This document shows, piece after piece, positions 9,908 through 21,919 of a stretch of 26,807 bases of DNA (positions within the stretch are counted from its first letter, which is position 1; each line of letters starts with the position of its first letter). The stretch comes from Octopus sinensis. Taxonomy: Eukaryota. The notes below the pieces were generated by a model that had not been told where the DNA came from, made no database searches, and saw only the letters and a list, made by a program, of their open reading frames with translations. The DNA lies in NCBI RefSeq assembly GCF_006345805.1, contig NW_021834090.1, positions 1-26,807 of the forward strand, read 5' to 3'. A program made the translations under genes and the position numbers.

Positions 9908-10311
9908 ACTGTGCAGAGTGGTTACAAATATGCACAAAGTCTCTTAGAGCTGTTTCTAGAATAGCTAAGCATGTTATTGAGTAAAGAATTCCATCTGAGC
10001 AAATCATTCCGTTATTGGAGAAAGAAGAAGAATGCGAATGCATAATATCCTTTATCGAGGATATTATTCGTTACCAGTCTTTGGGGAAACCATGGAATTC
10101 TCAGATAAATGTGTTGGGTATTTTCGTGATCGGAGAGTTCGTAAAGTTTCCAGGAAAGTCCCTGGCAAAGGATAATGGAAATTAACAGTTGCATCTTTGA
10201 ATAGAAAGTGAATCAGATTTGGAAGGCCTTGGAAGAGTCTATTATTAGGCGAATGAGAAATATATGAGAGTATATAGAGATTAGTCTATATAGTCACACA
10301 CAGGTACACTT

Positions 10312-10342
<31 letters not shown>

Positions 10343-10639
10343 CAAATATATTTGTGCGTGTTTGTGTATGTATATATCTTGCTGCATCTTTATATAACCA
10401 TACATGATTACATATGACCCCGCGTTGCAATTCTTTGTCCTGAAATCCTAGATTGCCGCCTGTAAATTTCTCTCTGGCTTAGGTAGAATACCAGTGGGTT
10501 GTGTTATTGTGGGGGAAGTGGTCAGTCGACTAATTGGACTTCAGCACCTCTGAGAAATGAAAGGCAAAGTGGACTTCGGTGGGAAAGGAACTCAGAACGC
10601 GAATAGCCGACAGAAACGCTGCAAAGCAATTTGTAAATT

Positions 10640-12697
10640 TGTGTACAAACATTGTGTACAGGCATTGCCGACTATTTTGCTTGGATATTCTTGTTTAATA
10701 TTATCTTTTTAATTTAAATTCTATACTTTTTAACCGTACAACTTATTTTTTCATTCGAAAGTCCTGCGGGGACGGGAAGGTGACGAAGCATTCAGATCTG
10801 AGGAGTTAGAAGCATGTATTTAGTGGTCTACACACAAGTGTCCTATGGGTTTTTGGTTGCATTTGTACTTAAGCAATTGAATTCAGGGAAAACGCTGCTC
10901 ACCTAGAGACCGGAGACAATGCTATATAACTAAATGGATGGGAAGATGACCACTGGATGTCCTCTGATCATAGCTTTACTCAATCAGGAAACATTGGCTT
11001 GTGACGCAGATATGTTTATAATGTTTTTCATCAAACACCTGGAAATAGCTGCGAATCTCTTTCCAATCACAACACTCTTATTTTACACAATGGAGGACAT
11101 GGTTGCTAATTTTGGAAGAAAAACAAATTAGTAGGCTATAATTGGAATGCCTTTGTGTAAAATTACGATAAGTCAGGGCAAACAACAACGTCGACCACAA
11201 CACCCTAAGTAAAACACACAAAACACACAAAAACCCCAAAAAGATATGAACCCAAAATGACCTCGTTCTCAGATTTTGTATCACCTCACACCTCAAACTC
11301 GGCAATTCTTTCTGCGTCAGACTTTCTATCATTACATGATACAACGCCATATCGTTAGCTGACAAGAGACATCTCTTAGGAGTAACGCTCAGATCTTTCT
11401 CGGGATCCATGTAAATTCAGTGGGTGTTGCTTCAGGAAAACGCCCTGTAGATAAGAAGGATTTCTGGTTGCTGTCTCACCTACTATGTCATGTTCCATGT
11501 TTAATAATATAATTGTGGTGTCCAAAGGCGTATGACCACGACCTGTTAATGGTGCTGCATCGCGATAGCGAGATCGCGGTTTCAATAACCCGTAAAGGGA
11601 ATGTATTGCGTTTCTTAAGCAAACACACCCTCATCTCATAATGCTTTGCGGTCGTGTAGGAATGGTGAATTTCTGGAAATGGATTTATATTTCCGATATT
11701 AAACTACACAGCGAATCGCGTACATCGACAGAAAATACTGACATGACACTGGCCTGTAAAGAACACATAACGGGTTATAACAAATGTGTACTTCGGGTCT
11801 TCGGTCAGTATTCTTATGATCCGATACAAGCCACAGAATGAGACAATAAACTTTCATGAGTAATAGAATATCCAGATAAGTGGATAAAAACAACCTTTTC
11901 TATTTGTAAAAAATTAAAACTGAAGTCATATTTGAAACCGGCATTGTAAATGTAATCAATTTTTGCTACTTTCCTGTAAATATTTAAAATTAATATTTAT
12001 ACACACACATATCTACACTGGCGAAATTAAATTTAAGACCGATGATAATAATCCTATTTCTTACAAATATTTTGTTACTAACACCATATAAATTATTTCT
12101 ATCTTTTATACCTTACTAGCAGTATCGCCCGGCGTTGCTCAGGGTGTGTAAGGGAATAACTATAAAGCATTTTTAGAGAGTTATAGCCAAATAATGGCAA
12201 ACAAATGGAAAAAAATGATGGTAAATTTTTTTGAGAGTAAAAAAAGGTTGATTTGCGTCCCCTAGACAGTCTGTGGTTTGTTTTTTTTTTATTCTCGACC
12301 CCATGTCGAATTTATCGATTTTTTTCAGAACTGGGTGAACTTTTCAAAATTTTCTCGCTGCGTTAGTTTTGAATTATGACATTGGGCTATGTGTGTGTCA
12401 AGTTTCATCAGAATCGGTTGAAAGCCATGGTCAGGGTGAGGGTACGAGAAAAACAGACACAGAACACGCACAGACAAAACTGCCGTTTATATAGAGAGAG
12501 ATGAAGAATTTATTTCCTCTTTCGAATGATGCAGACAATACTATTTTTATACAACTTGAAGAATGCATGAAAGTACTAGTTCAATCAGAGTGGATATTTG
12601 ATATTCTATCGATTCATTATGTTATCTTATCTTATAGCATATATTATTATAAGATTGTAAATAAATCATGAAAATCAAAGTGACTGTGTATAAGTGC
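10640..12697 (-). pseudogene. TLR-like pseudogene B-II, 3' core (near-identical to B-I, Helitron-interrupted)
   Basis: Collinear with 4625-6290, differing largely by small indels; ORF 11078..11410 shares MDPEKDLSVTPKRCLLSANDMALYHVMIESL. Confidence 0.75.
12116..12501 (-). mobile_element. Non-autonomous Helitron, 386 bp
   Basis: On the minus strand it begins TC and ends CTAG, sits between A and T with no TSD, and has a GC-rich subterminal hairpin (plus strand cgcccggcgttgctcagggt) next to the CTAG. Empty sites at 6048-6049 and ~22772-22773. Confidence 0.88.
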
Positions 12698-12702
12698 ATA
12701 TA

Positions 12703-12740
<38 letters not shown>

Positions 12741-13362
12741 AGGATATTATTACTTACAATAATATCAAGTGGCAAGCATGAGTAAAAACAATCCCATAAG
12801 GTAAAGCATCATTAATTAATAATTAAAGGTCCTACAAGCAGCACCCAGCACGCTAAAAATAGCACACGAAGGAGAGAGAGAGGGGGAGAGAGAGGAAGAG
12901 AGAAAGACGAAGGAGGGAAAAGAGAGAGAAAAAGAAGTGTAGAACAGGTAGAGAGAGAGAGAGAAAGAAAAAGAAAAGAAAGAGAAAGAGAGAGAGACAA
13001 TTCGAATAATAATTAGACAATAAACAAATAGAAACTTCTATAAATAGATTGACAGATACACACACACATATACACACACACACATACACACATAAAAATA
13101 TAATTTGTAAAAAACGCAATAGAAGACAATAAAAGATGGGACAGATAGACGATAGAAGGCGACAGGAGAAACAAAGATTAGAAGGACAGGCAAAAAAGAC
13201 GGGTCATTCTTGGCTTTCTTTCCTCAGTCAAGTCCCACAAGTCCGACCATCTCGGGCAGTTACACTTGAGATGGTTCGATCTGTTGCTCCCCACTAAAAG
13301 TCTCACTCTCTGTGTCTCTCTCTCTCTGTCTCTCTATATCTGTCTCTGTCTCCCTCTGTCTC

Positions 13363-13407
<45 letters not shown>

Positions 13408-13810
13408 TATATATATATATATCATATTTTATCTTACGTTTCCACGTGTATTTTATATTTTCTTTCTGTAACATATTTCTACCATCATATATATATCATA
13501 CCATATATATATATATACACACACATACACACACACACATTACACAACACCACACACACACATATATGTGTGTTGTGTATGTGCGTGTATTCATTCAAAC
13601 AATTACTAAAATATATAGCTGCACCAAGTGGGAATTCCGTTTGTACAATTGTTCCGAGTATAAATTATTTGGCAAACAATCCACGTGACAAAAAGTAGAA
13701 AAGTAGACATTTAATATAAATTTTAATACATAATAAGCGGGATGAGAAGAAATAGTCGTAGCAGAGAGTCGCTGAGTTGATCATAGTATGTGACACGGAA
13801 GAATTTAAAC

Positions 13811-13812
13811 TA

Positions 13813-13860
<48 letters not shown>

Positions 13861-13900
13861 TAATAATATTATAATAATAACAATAATAATAATAATAATG

Positions 13901-13943
<43 letters not shown>

Positions 13944-13992
13944 TAATAACAATAATAATAATATTAAAAATAATAACAATAATAATAATAAT
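13811..13992. repeat. (AAT)n microsatellite
   Basis: Longer version of 7407-7497. Confidence 0.95.
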
Positions 13993-13993
13993 C

Positions 13994-14369
13994 CTGTCTA
14001 CTGGAAGCACAAGGACAAGTCCATTACATCGATCCCAGTGTATAACTGGTACTTAATTCATCGTTCCCGAAAGGATGAAAGGCACTATCGACCTCGGCGG
14101 AATTTGAACTCAGAACGTAGTGAGAGACGAAATACCTATTTCTTTCCTACCCTCCAGGGGCGAAACACAGAGACGACAAACAAGGACAGACAAACGGATT
14201 AAATCGATTATATCGACGCCAGTGCGTAACTGGAATTTATTTAATCGACCCCGAAAGGATGAAAGGCAATGCCGACCTCGGCGGAATCTGAACTCAGAAC
14301 GTAACCGCAGACGAAATCCTGCTAAGCATTTCGCCCGGCGTGCTAACGTTGCTGCCAGCTCGCCGCCTT
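13994..14369 (-). mobile_element. SINE family 2 dimer (same insertion as 7503-7869)
   Basis: Same structure and flanks. Confidence 0.88.
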
Positions 14370-14931
14370 CGGGCAGACGAAGACTTCTGAGCGTTCACCC
14401 GGCGTACCAACAACACCAACAATAACAACAATAACAACAACAACAACAACAAATCAAAAACAACAATAACAAAATACAACAGCAACAACAACAAAATGAA
14501 TAAGAATAAGAATATTAATAATAATAATAAAGTGAATCACAATATATATTGCGTGTGTTCCATTGGCAACAGACGACCATCTCCAAATAGAAGAATTTCT
14601 GTTTAACACCCAATTTCAAAAATGCATGAACGTAATAATATTAATATTAAGTAGAATATCCGCCGAGGTTGTTTTTGCATTTATCCTTTGGGGTTGATGA
14701 ATCAATATCATTAAGTACTTGGTTCGATTTAATCAACTTACTCCCTCCCCGAAATTGCTGGTGTTGTGCCAAAATTTGAAATGAATGTGTAGGAGAAATA
14801 AAACAAAACACAGCATTACTCACTAATGGACACCATGTTAATCGTTTAAACAAATTATAAAGTGAACGGCTTGGAGAGTGTTTCATCTTTATGCGTGTTT
14901 CCTTGGATTGAATCTGGTAGGGGGGCATGTT

Positions 14932-15643
14932 TAGGCGCGGCTGTGGTAAGACGCTTGCTTCCAATCTGGTTTCGGGTTCAGTTCCACTGCGTGGCACACT
15001 GCGCACATTTCTTCTACTGTAGCCATTTGACTCTCAAAATCTCAGGAGTGGATTGGTATATGGAAACGGAAAGAAGCCCATTGTGGCTATTCTTTTACTT
15101 GTTTCAGTCATTGACTGTGGCCATGCTGGAGCTCCGCCTTTAGTCGATCAAATCGACTCTTGGACTTAATCTTTGTAAGCCTAGTACTTATTCCATCAGT
15201 TTTCTTTTCCAGAACCGTCAAGTTACAGGGACGTAAGCACACCAACCCTTGGTTGTCAAATGATGGTGGAGGGACAAATATAGACACACAAAGACCACAG
15301 ACACACACATAGGACTGGCTTATGTGAGTTTTCCCATCCATGAAATCCACTCTCAAGGCTTTGTCGGCCCTTGGCTATAGTAGAAGTCACTCAGCCAAGG
15401 TTTTCTCGCAACGGACTGAACCCGGACCATGTGTTTTCTTACACTACAGCCACTCCTATGTCTATATATGTCTGTCTGTATGTATCAGTTTGTGTGTGTG
15501 TGTCCTTGTGTCCGTGTTTTCCCACCGCTTGACGACCTGTGTTTGGTTGTTTTCGGTCCGGTAACTTAGCAGTTCACCAAAATACTCCAATAAAATAAGT
15601 ACAACGCTTAAAAAATGAGTACAGCGGTCAATTAGTTCGACTC
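14932..15643 (+). mobile_element. SINE family 1 outer copy with nested inverted copy at ~15088-15463
   Basis: Same nested arrangement as 8472-9142. Confidence 0.85.
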
Positions 15644-16038
15644 ACCAAAACTCAAACCAGTGGCCTCTCTATATATACACATAATCCTTTCTGAGCCATT
15701 TCTTAAGAATTGATCGTTACATAAGTAATTGAAATACTTAAAAATAGAAGAAATCCGTTCATGTCCACTCCCCAAAGCCACATAAAAGTATATATTGTAC
15801 CTTAGCGTTGATACAATAGAAAGTCATGTGAAAAGTCGAATGTAGTGTGACTGTCAGTTTGGTTTACCACTAAAACACCGGCTTGAACAGAAAAAATGTG
15901 GTGCAGAAATTGGGTATCACGGTTTTAAGGTGTGTGGTTGATCATTGAGCGGAGGGACATAAATTATAACAGATTAGGAGCAAAAAAACATTTAGCCTTA
16001 TTCAAGGACATTCTTTTATAATTTATAATATAAGTATT

Positions 16039-16303
16039 GGCGCAGGAGTGGTTGTGTAGTAATAGGCGTGCTTACCAAACCACATTGTTCGGGTTTCAGT
16101 CCCACTGCGTGGCACCTTGGTAAAATGCGTTCTTACTATAGCCTCGGCCACCAAAGCCCTTGTTAATGGATCTGGAAGACGGAAACTGAAAGAAGGCCAT
16201 CATGTGTGTGTGTGTGTGTGTGTGAGTTTTTGTGTCTGTGTTTGTCCACCACCATCGCTTTACAACCGATGTTGGTGAGTTTACGTCCATGTAATTTAGT
16301 GGT
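16039..16303 (+). mobile_element. SINE family 1, 3' end removed by deletion
   Basis: Head ggcgcaggagtggttgtg; breaks at gtaatttagtggt|attttcgtgatcg. Confidence 0.85.
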
Positions 16304-16821
16304 ATTTTCGTGATCGAAGCGTTAGTAAAGTTTCTAGGAAAGTCCCTGGCAAAGGATAATGGAAGTTAACAGTTGCATCTTTGAATAGAAAGTGAATCAG
16401 TTTTGGAAGGCCTTGGAAGAGTCTATTATTAGGCGAATGAGAAATATATGAGAGTATATAGAGATTAGTCTATATAGTGAGGGTGTGTTTGACTTGGTGG
16501 TTAAGGGGATGCATGTATACACACACATACATACAGACAGAGACATACACATACACACACGCACTAACATATGCAAACACACACACACACACATATGCAG
16601 TGGCATATTCCCATTGGTATACACACAGTCAGATACACACACTTACGCGGCCATACATACACATCCATACGTATGAGTTTAGAAATGGACAGATAAATGT
16701 CTGTTTGCAAACAAGCACAGACACACACACATACAAATTCTCGCATTCATCGTATTATAATTATAGAGAGTTAATTTAATTAATGTTGTAGAGGAGAGAG
16801 AGACGAGGGGATTGTTTAGTA

Positions 16822-18420
16822 ATTAAGGATGAGAAAAAGCAGATGTATGAAAGCCAGTCGCCTCATTGTATATTTGACTACCATATGGGCCAGAGTGATT
16901 AAATCGCCAAACTGGAAATACCCAGGACCGGATAGCGTACAAGGATATTGGCTGAAATTTCCCCAGCATACACAGAAGAATAGACAAGCAAATATATAAA
17001 AGATCAACAACGGGGTACAAATCCCAAAGAGGCTGACCACAAGTCAAACAATTCTTTGCCAAATAATCCCAACAATCAATGCAGTGGATAATCACCGGCC
17101 TATCACCTGTCTTCGCCCCACATGGAAAGCTGATGACAGGAATAATATCTAATTGGGTGTATGATTTCCAGGAAATAAATTACAAAGCACCAGTGGAACA
17201 GAAGGGTACAGAAGAAAAGCCAAGGGACACTTACAGACTAATATGTTTTCAGAAAGGAAAATGAAAAGGGAGACAGTGTTTGTAAGCAACCGCACAGATC
17301 AGGCATTCATAACTAACTACATAAAAGCCAAAATAGACAAAACAGGCAATTCCCATGTAGAGACTTTTAACATGAATTCACACAGAAAACATTTAGAATC
17401 AACTTGACAACCAAATTGCTACCAGAAGAACTGAAATGTTTTGCAAAGAAGGCTAGAGGAACGCACGATCTATTACACACAGAGAAAGCAGTTCTAAAGT
17501 CGAGAATGCAAACTTCAACAGTATAAAAATCATATGACATAATACAACACTCACGGATAAGTGAATATTTGAGTATATTCAGTATTGCACCAACACAAGC
17601 AATAGTGCAAAGAATTGGAAAGTATATCTCTACTCAGGTGACACTGTCTTAGGAAAAGTTAATATCAGGTGAGGAATTCTCCAGGGAGACTGGGTATCTC
17701 CATTAATATTTGTGTTATGCTTAACTGTCGTCAATCTAGTACTAAGAAAGGCAAAGTCAGGGTATTAGTTTAGAGATGTTAAAAGAAATATTACTCATTT
17801 GCTCAAGATGGACGATTAGAAGATTTTTGGTTCCTTAATACGAATTGTAAGGCGCTTAAGCAAAGATATAGGCATGGAATTTGGCATAGATATGTGCGCA
17901 ACATAAGTCATAAAAAGGGGACATGTAGTCAGCAGTGAAGGACAGATAGCAAGAGAGTAAAATCACTGAAGGCAGAGAATCATAAGTGCTTCGGAGTATT
18001 AGAATCTGAGAGTGTACTAACAATGGAAATGAAAACAAAAATAGATAAGGAGTACATCGGAAGGTTGAAGAAGCTAATGAAGGGAAAGCGAAGTGTTCTA
18101 AATCTAGAAAAGATTGTAAAATCTTTGGGAGGTTACCTCGGTATTTAGCAGAATTTGTTGATTGGAAAAGATCTGAATTAGCAAATCTAGACAGAAGACT
18201 AGGAAGGAATTCAATATGAATGGAGGACTTCAGCCTCGATTAGGAAGAGCAAGATTGCACTTACTTAGAATAACGAAGGTGGAAGAGGTTTAATATCAGC
18301 AGAAAGTAGCGTAGAGTTAGCTAGAGTTGATATATATAATAGTGAATAACATTTATGAGTTGCAAGATTTACAGTAAGAGATAGGAAAAGAAAAATCCAA
18401 ATGAAATTAAAACCAGAAAA
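16822..18420 (+). mobile_element. Fossil R4/Dong-like LINE RT fragment (same insertion as 1548-3065)
   Basis: KSPNWKYPGPD, GILQGDWVSPLIFVLC, HLLKMDD. Keeps an extra ~200 bp (~17335-17545; KARGTHDLLHTEKAVLK, YDIIQHS) absent from the first copy. Confidence 0.9.
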
Positions 18421-18933
18421 ATGGATATTTTTCGGATATTAAAAAATTTCAGCCACTCACATACATCAAGGGAAAATACTACCACTTTCGTTTTAAAAAA
18501 AATTGGAGAATTATTACAACAGGGTATTTCATTCAGTATTCTTATCGGATAGCAGCTGGAACGTGAGACAAAAAACTTATTTGAGGCAATAGAATATTCA
18601 GATAAGTTGATAAAACATTTAATTTCTGTCAAAAATTGAAACTGAAGTCATATTTGGAGTCGGCGTTATAAAGGTAAATAATTTTTGTTACATTTATTTT
18701 AAGATTTATCATTTATATACACACACACATACATATGATTTATGTTTCCCTTTCTCTCTATCCTTCTATAAGTATGCAACTTAATAGAATAACGTTGTTC
18801 CCGACGATCATTTGTCGGTGAGCATTTGGTTCCAACCAACCATAACGTTGTTACACGCACGTCAGAATTATTATTGAAATATTTGTTTGTCCTGTTCATC
18901 CTATATATAGACTTAAACATAAATACATATGCA
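18416..18933 (-). pseudogene. TLR-like fragment A2 (LRR region only)
   Basis: ORF 18369..18632 INLSEYSIASNKF..IRILNEIPCCNN..VFSLDVCEWLKFFNIRKI; ORF 18699..18995 VRVTTLWLVGTK; homologous to ~3745-4165. Confidence 0.65.
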
Positions 18934-18934
18934 A

Positions 18935-19054
18935 TGGCGTGGCTGTGTGGTAAGAAACATGGTTCGAAAGCAGATAGTTCCAGGTTCAGTTTCACTGCAT
19001 GGCAATTTGGGAAAGTGACTTCTACTATAGTCTTGGGCCGACCAAAGTCTTACG

Positions 19055-19094
<40 letters not shown>

Positions 19095-19350
19095 TGTGTG
19101 TGTGCGTGTGTGAGTCTGTTTGTTTGTGTATGTGTGTTTCTGTCTTTGCGACTGTGTTTGTTACCCATTCATATCTTGACAGCAGGTTTTTTTACGCTCC
19201 CCTCCCTTACATTGCGGTTCAGCAAAAGCGGCCAATAAAATAAGTACTTGGCTTACAAAGATAAGGTCTATTCAATTTATTGGGCTTAAAGTCTTTTGAT
19301 ATGGTGCTCCAGCATGGACGCAGGCAAATGTCTCCAACAAGTAAAAGAAT
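18935..19350 (+). mobile_element. Diverged SINE family 1
   Basis: tggcgtggctgtgtggtaagaaac..cttgggccgaccaaag..aacaagtaaaagaat. Confidence 0.82.
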
Positions 19351-19359
19351 TAAGAAAAA

Positions 19360-19645
19360 AAAACACTTTATATATGTGTGGTGTTGTATATCTAAATGCG
19401 TATGAGTATATATATATATGTATTTATATACCTATATATGTGTGTGTGTGTGAATGTTCTGCCTCGTACACATGTGCATATATTCACACGCACATGTAGA
19501 CACACGCTCACATATACATACATATATATATACATATATACATACATATATATATATATACAAACGTACATACATACACACACTCATATGCACACACACT
19601 CATACACACATATATTTGTGCGTGTTTGTGTATGTATATATATCC
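19360..19645. repeat. (TA)/(CA)/(TG) low-complexity tract
   Basis: Dinucleotide runs. Confidence 0.9.
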
Positions 19646-19872
19646 TCATGCATCTTAAGTAACCATACATGACTACATATGACACCGCGTAGCAAATCCT
19701 TTGTCCTAAAATCCTAGATTGCCGCTCATATAATGTTGTCTCTGGCTTAGGTAGAATGCCAGCGGTTGTGCTATTGTGGGGAAGTGGTCAGTCGACTAAT
19801 TGGACTTCAGCACCTCTGAGAAATGAAAGGCAAAGGGGAGTTCGACAGGAAAGGAACTCAGAACGCGAATAG

Positions 19873-20136
19873 ATAAATCAATTTTTGTTAATTTTCTTTT
19901 AAGATTTAACATTTATATATACACACACACATATATATATGATTTATTTTTCCATCACTCTCATCTTTCTATAACTATGCAACTTAATAGAATAACGTTG
20001 TTCCTGACGGTCATATGTCGGTGAGAACTTGGTTCCAAGCAACCATAACGTTGTTACACGCACGTAAGAAATATTAGTTAAACCTTTGATTGTCCTGTTC
20101 ATCCTATTTATAGACTTATACATAAACACATATGCA
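19873..20136 (-). pseudogene. TLR-like fragment A2' (short upstream LRR piece)
   Basis: ORF 19944..20198 VRVTTLWLLGTKFSPTYDRQEQRYSIKLH parallels 18699..18995 and is followed by a SINE at the same site. Confidence 0.55.
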
Positions 20137-20600
20137 TAGGCGTGGCTATGTGGTAAGAAACTTGCTCCGCAGTCAGATAGATCCAGGTTCAGTTTCACTT
20201 TATGGCAACCTGGGAAAGTGTCTTCTACTATAGCTCAGGTCGAGCAAAGACTTGTGAGTGGGTATTATAGACGGACCCGAAGGAAGTCCTTTATATATAT
20301 ATATATATAATATACACAATTGTGTTTGTGAGTGTGTGTGTGGCGTGTGTGTGTGAGTGTGTTTGTTTGCCTGTGTTGTGTGTGTCTGTTGTGACTATGT
20401 TTGTTACGCGTTCATAGTTTGACAGCAGGTCTTCTAACACCCGCCTTAACATAGCTGTTCGCAAAAGCGATCAATAAAATAAGTACCAGAGGCTTACAAA
20501 AAATAAGCTGTTGTAAATTTCTTCTTCGGCTCTTCGGCTTAAAGGCTTTTCAGTTGGCACTACAGCAAGGCCGCAGTCAAATGTCTAAACAAGTAAAATA
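20137..20600 (+). mobile_element. Diverged SINE family 1 (same insertion site as 18935-19350)
   Basis: taggcgtggctatgtggtaagaaac..aaacaagtaaaat. Confidence 0.8.
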
Positions 20601-20739
20601 ATTAATGTAAAGAATACACTTTTTCTACGTGTGTGTAGATCTCTGAATTCGCATGAATATATATATATATATATGTATATATATATTATATATATACGCC
20701 CACGTACTCACACAATCTAAACTGTTGTGTGTATATGGT

Positions 20740-21919
20740 ACAAATAATAAATTGGTATGCGGATGCTCACGTGAACAACTTAGGGAATTAGTACATCTTT
20801 ACCCTCTAGTACCTGCATCTGCTGTGTGAGTCCTGCGGCAAGTTACACAGGGTGAACTGGACGCCCCAAACATTCGAGGGTATGTTGTACTTGAGATAAC
20901 CCATGTACATGAAAGTTACAATATGCTAAACACACATGGAAAGTAAACCACGTAGAATATCACTTTCATTCTTCTGCTAGTAGCAGAATAATTCAGTCCT
21001 AGATGTCATTTAATAAATTGATGGTTCATCTTGATAGTAAGTTGGAGCCTATATTTCGGAGAGATCTATAAAAATTAACATCCACATCATGTGATGTATT
21101 ACAATAATGATTGTAGGTGTAGGTTTCAGGACTAATGAATGTGCATTACTTGTACGTTTGCGCTATCAGCCTTATCGTAAGCATTTGAGACAATGATATT
21201 CCATTGTCTCACACCCTATCGTCTTAACCACGGAAAGGATACAACACACATTGCAATATATGTAAATCGATGGGATGATCATGACGGAAACGCCTCTGAT
21301 CATAGTTTTGTCATCAATGAAAAACAAGCATACTTTACAACCAACTGAAATATATTCTGCGAAACGAGGAAAATTCGTCGGATTTGCATTTTAGTAACTC
21401 GAGAGATGAGTCGTGTCTTTGAGCGATATCGCTATCCAAATAATCGATAAAAACAATGGCGTTTGTTTTTAGAAAAGCGTCAAGTAAATAAGAATATACT
21501 GTGGTTGGTTGCCAGGACATATGAAAAAATACCACTTTCGTAATATAACGATGTCAAGAATACATGAAATATTGGTTAAAGGTGCTCCTCAAAAAAACAA
21601 GGTCGGGATTTCAAATCCTGCAAAGAGAGGTGTATTGTGCGCAAGGCACTTCATCTCATGTTGCACTGCGACCATTTCAACATTTGACTTGTAGGAATGG
21701 TGACTAGCTGGAAAATGGATTTTTTTTCCGGATATTAAAGAATTTCAGCCAATCACAAACATCAAGGGAAAATACTGCCACTCTCCTTTAAAAACAGTAA
21801 AAAAGACGCTTAAAGAATTATTACAACAGGGTATTTCATTCATTATGCTTATCGGATAGCAGCTGGAAGGTGAGACAAAAACTTATATCAGACAATAGAA
21901 TATTCAGTTAAGTGGATAA
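20740..21919 (-). pseudogene. TLR-like pseudogene fragment A3 (LRRs - LRRCT - TM - complete TIR span)
   Basis: AVFSLDVCDWLKFFNIRK, GAPLTNISCILD, LKCKSDEFSSF, TM MIRGVSVMIIPSI.YIAMCVVSFPWL. TIR remnants TFISP, SRRMKVIFYVV, LSMCV*, CRRTH (shares cgcaggact with RRTFE* of B). Confidence 0.72.

Larger units (their letters stand above)
4625..10294 (-). pseudogene. Full reconstructed span of B-I: TLR-like gene interrupted by SINEs and microsatellites
   Basis: Unique blocks 9908-10294, 9150-9534 and 7190-7405 (DCLPNNLYSEQL..LVQLYISNCLNE) carry LRR-like motifs on the same strand, upstream of the core. With the unassigned blocks 8330-8465 and 8060-8190 the unique DNA sums to roughly 2.9 kb, a typical TLR CDS size. 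Confidence 0.6.
10640..16478 (-). pseudogene. Full reconstructed span of B-II
   Basis: Same block order as 4625-10294; LRR-like blocks at ~13585-13805, 15655-16038, 16304-16478. Confidence 0.6.
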
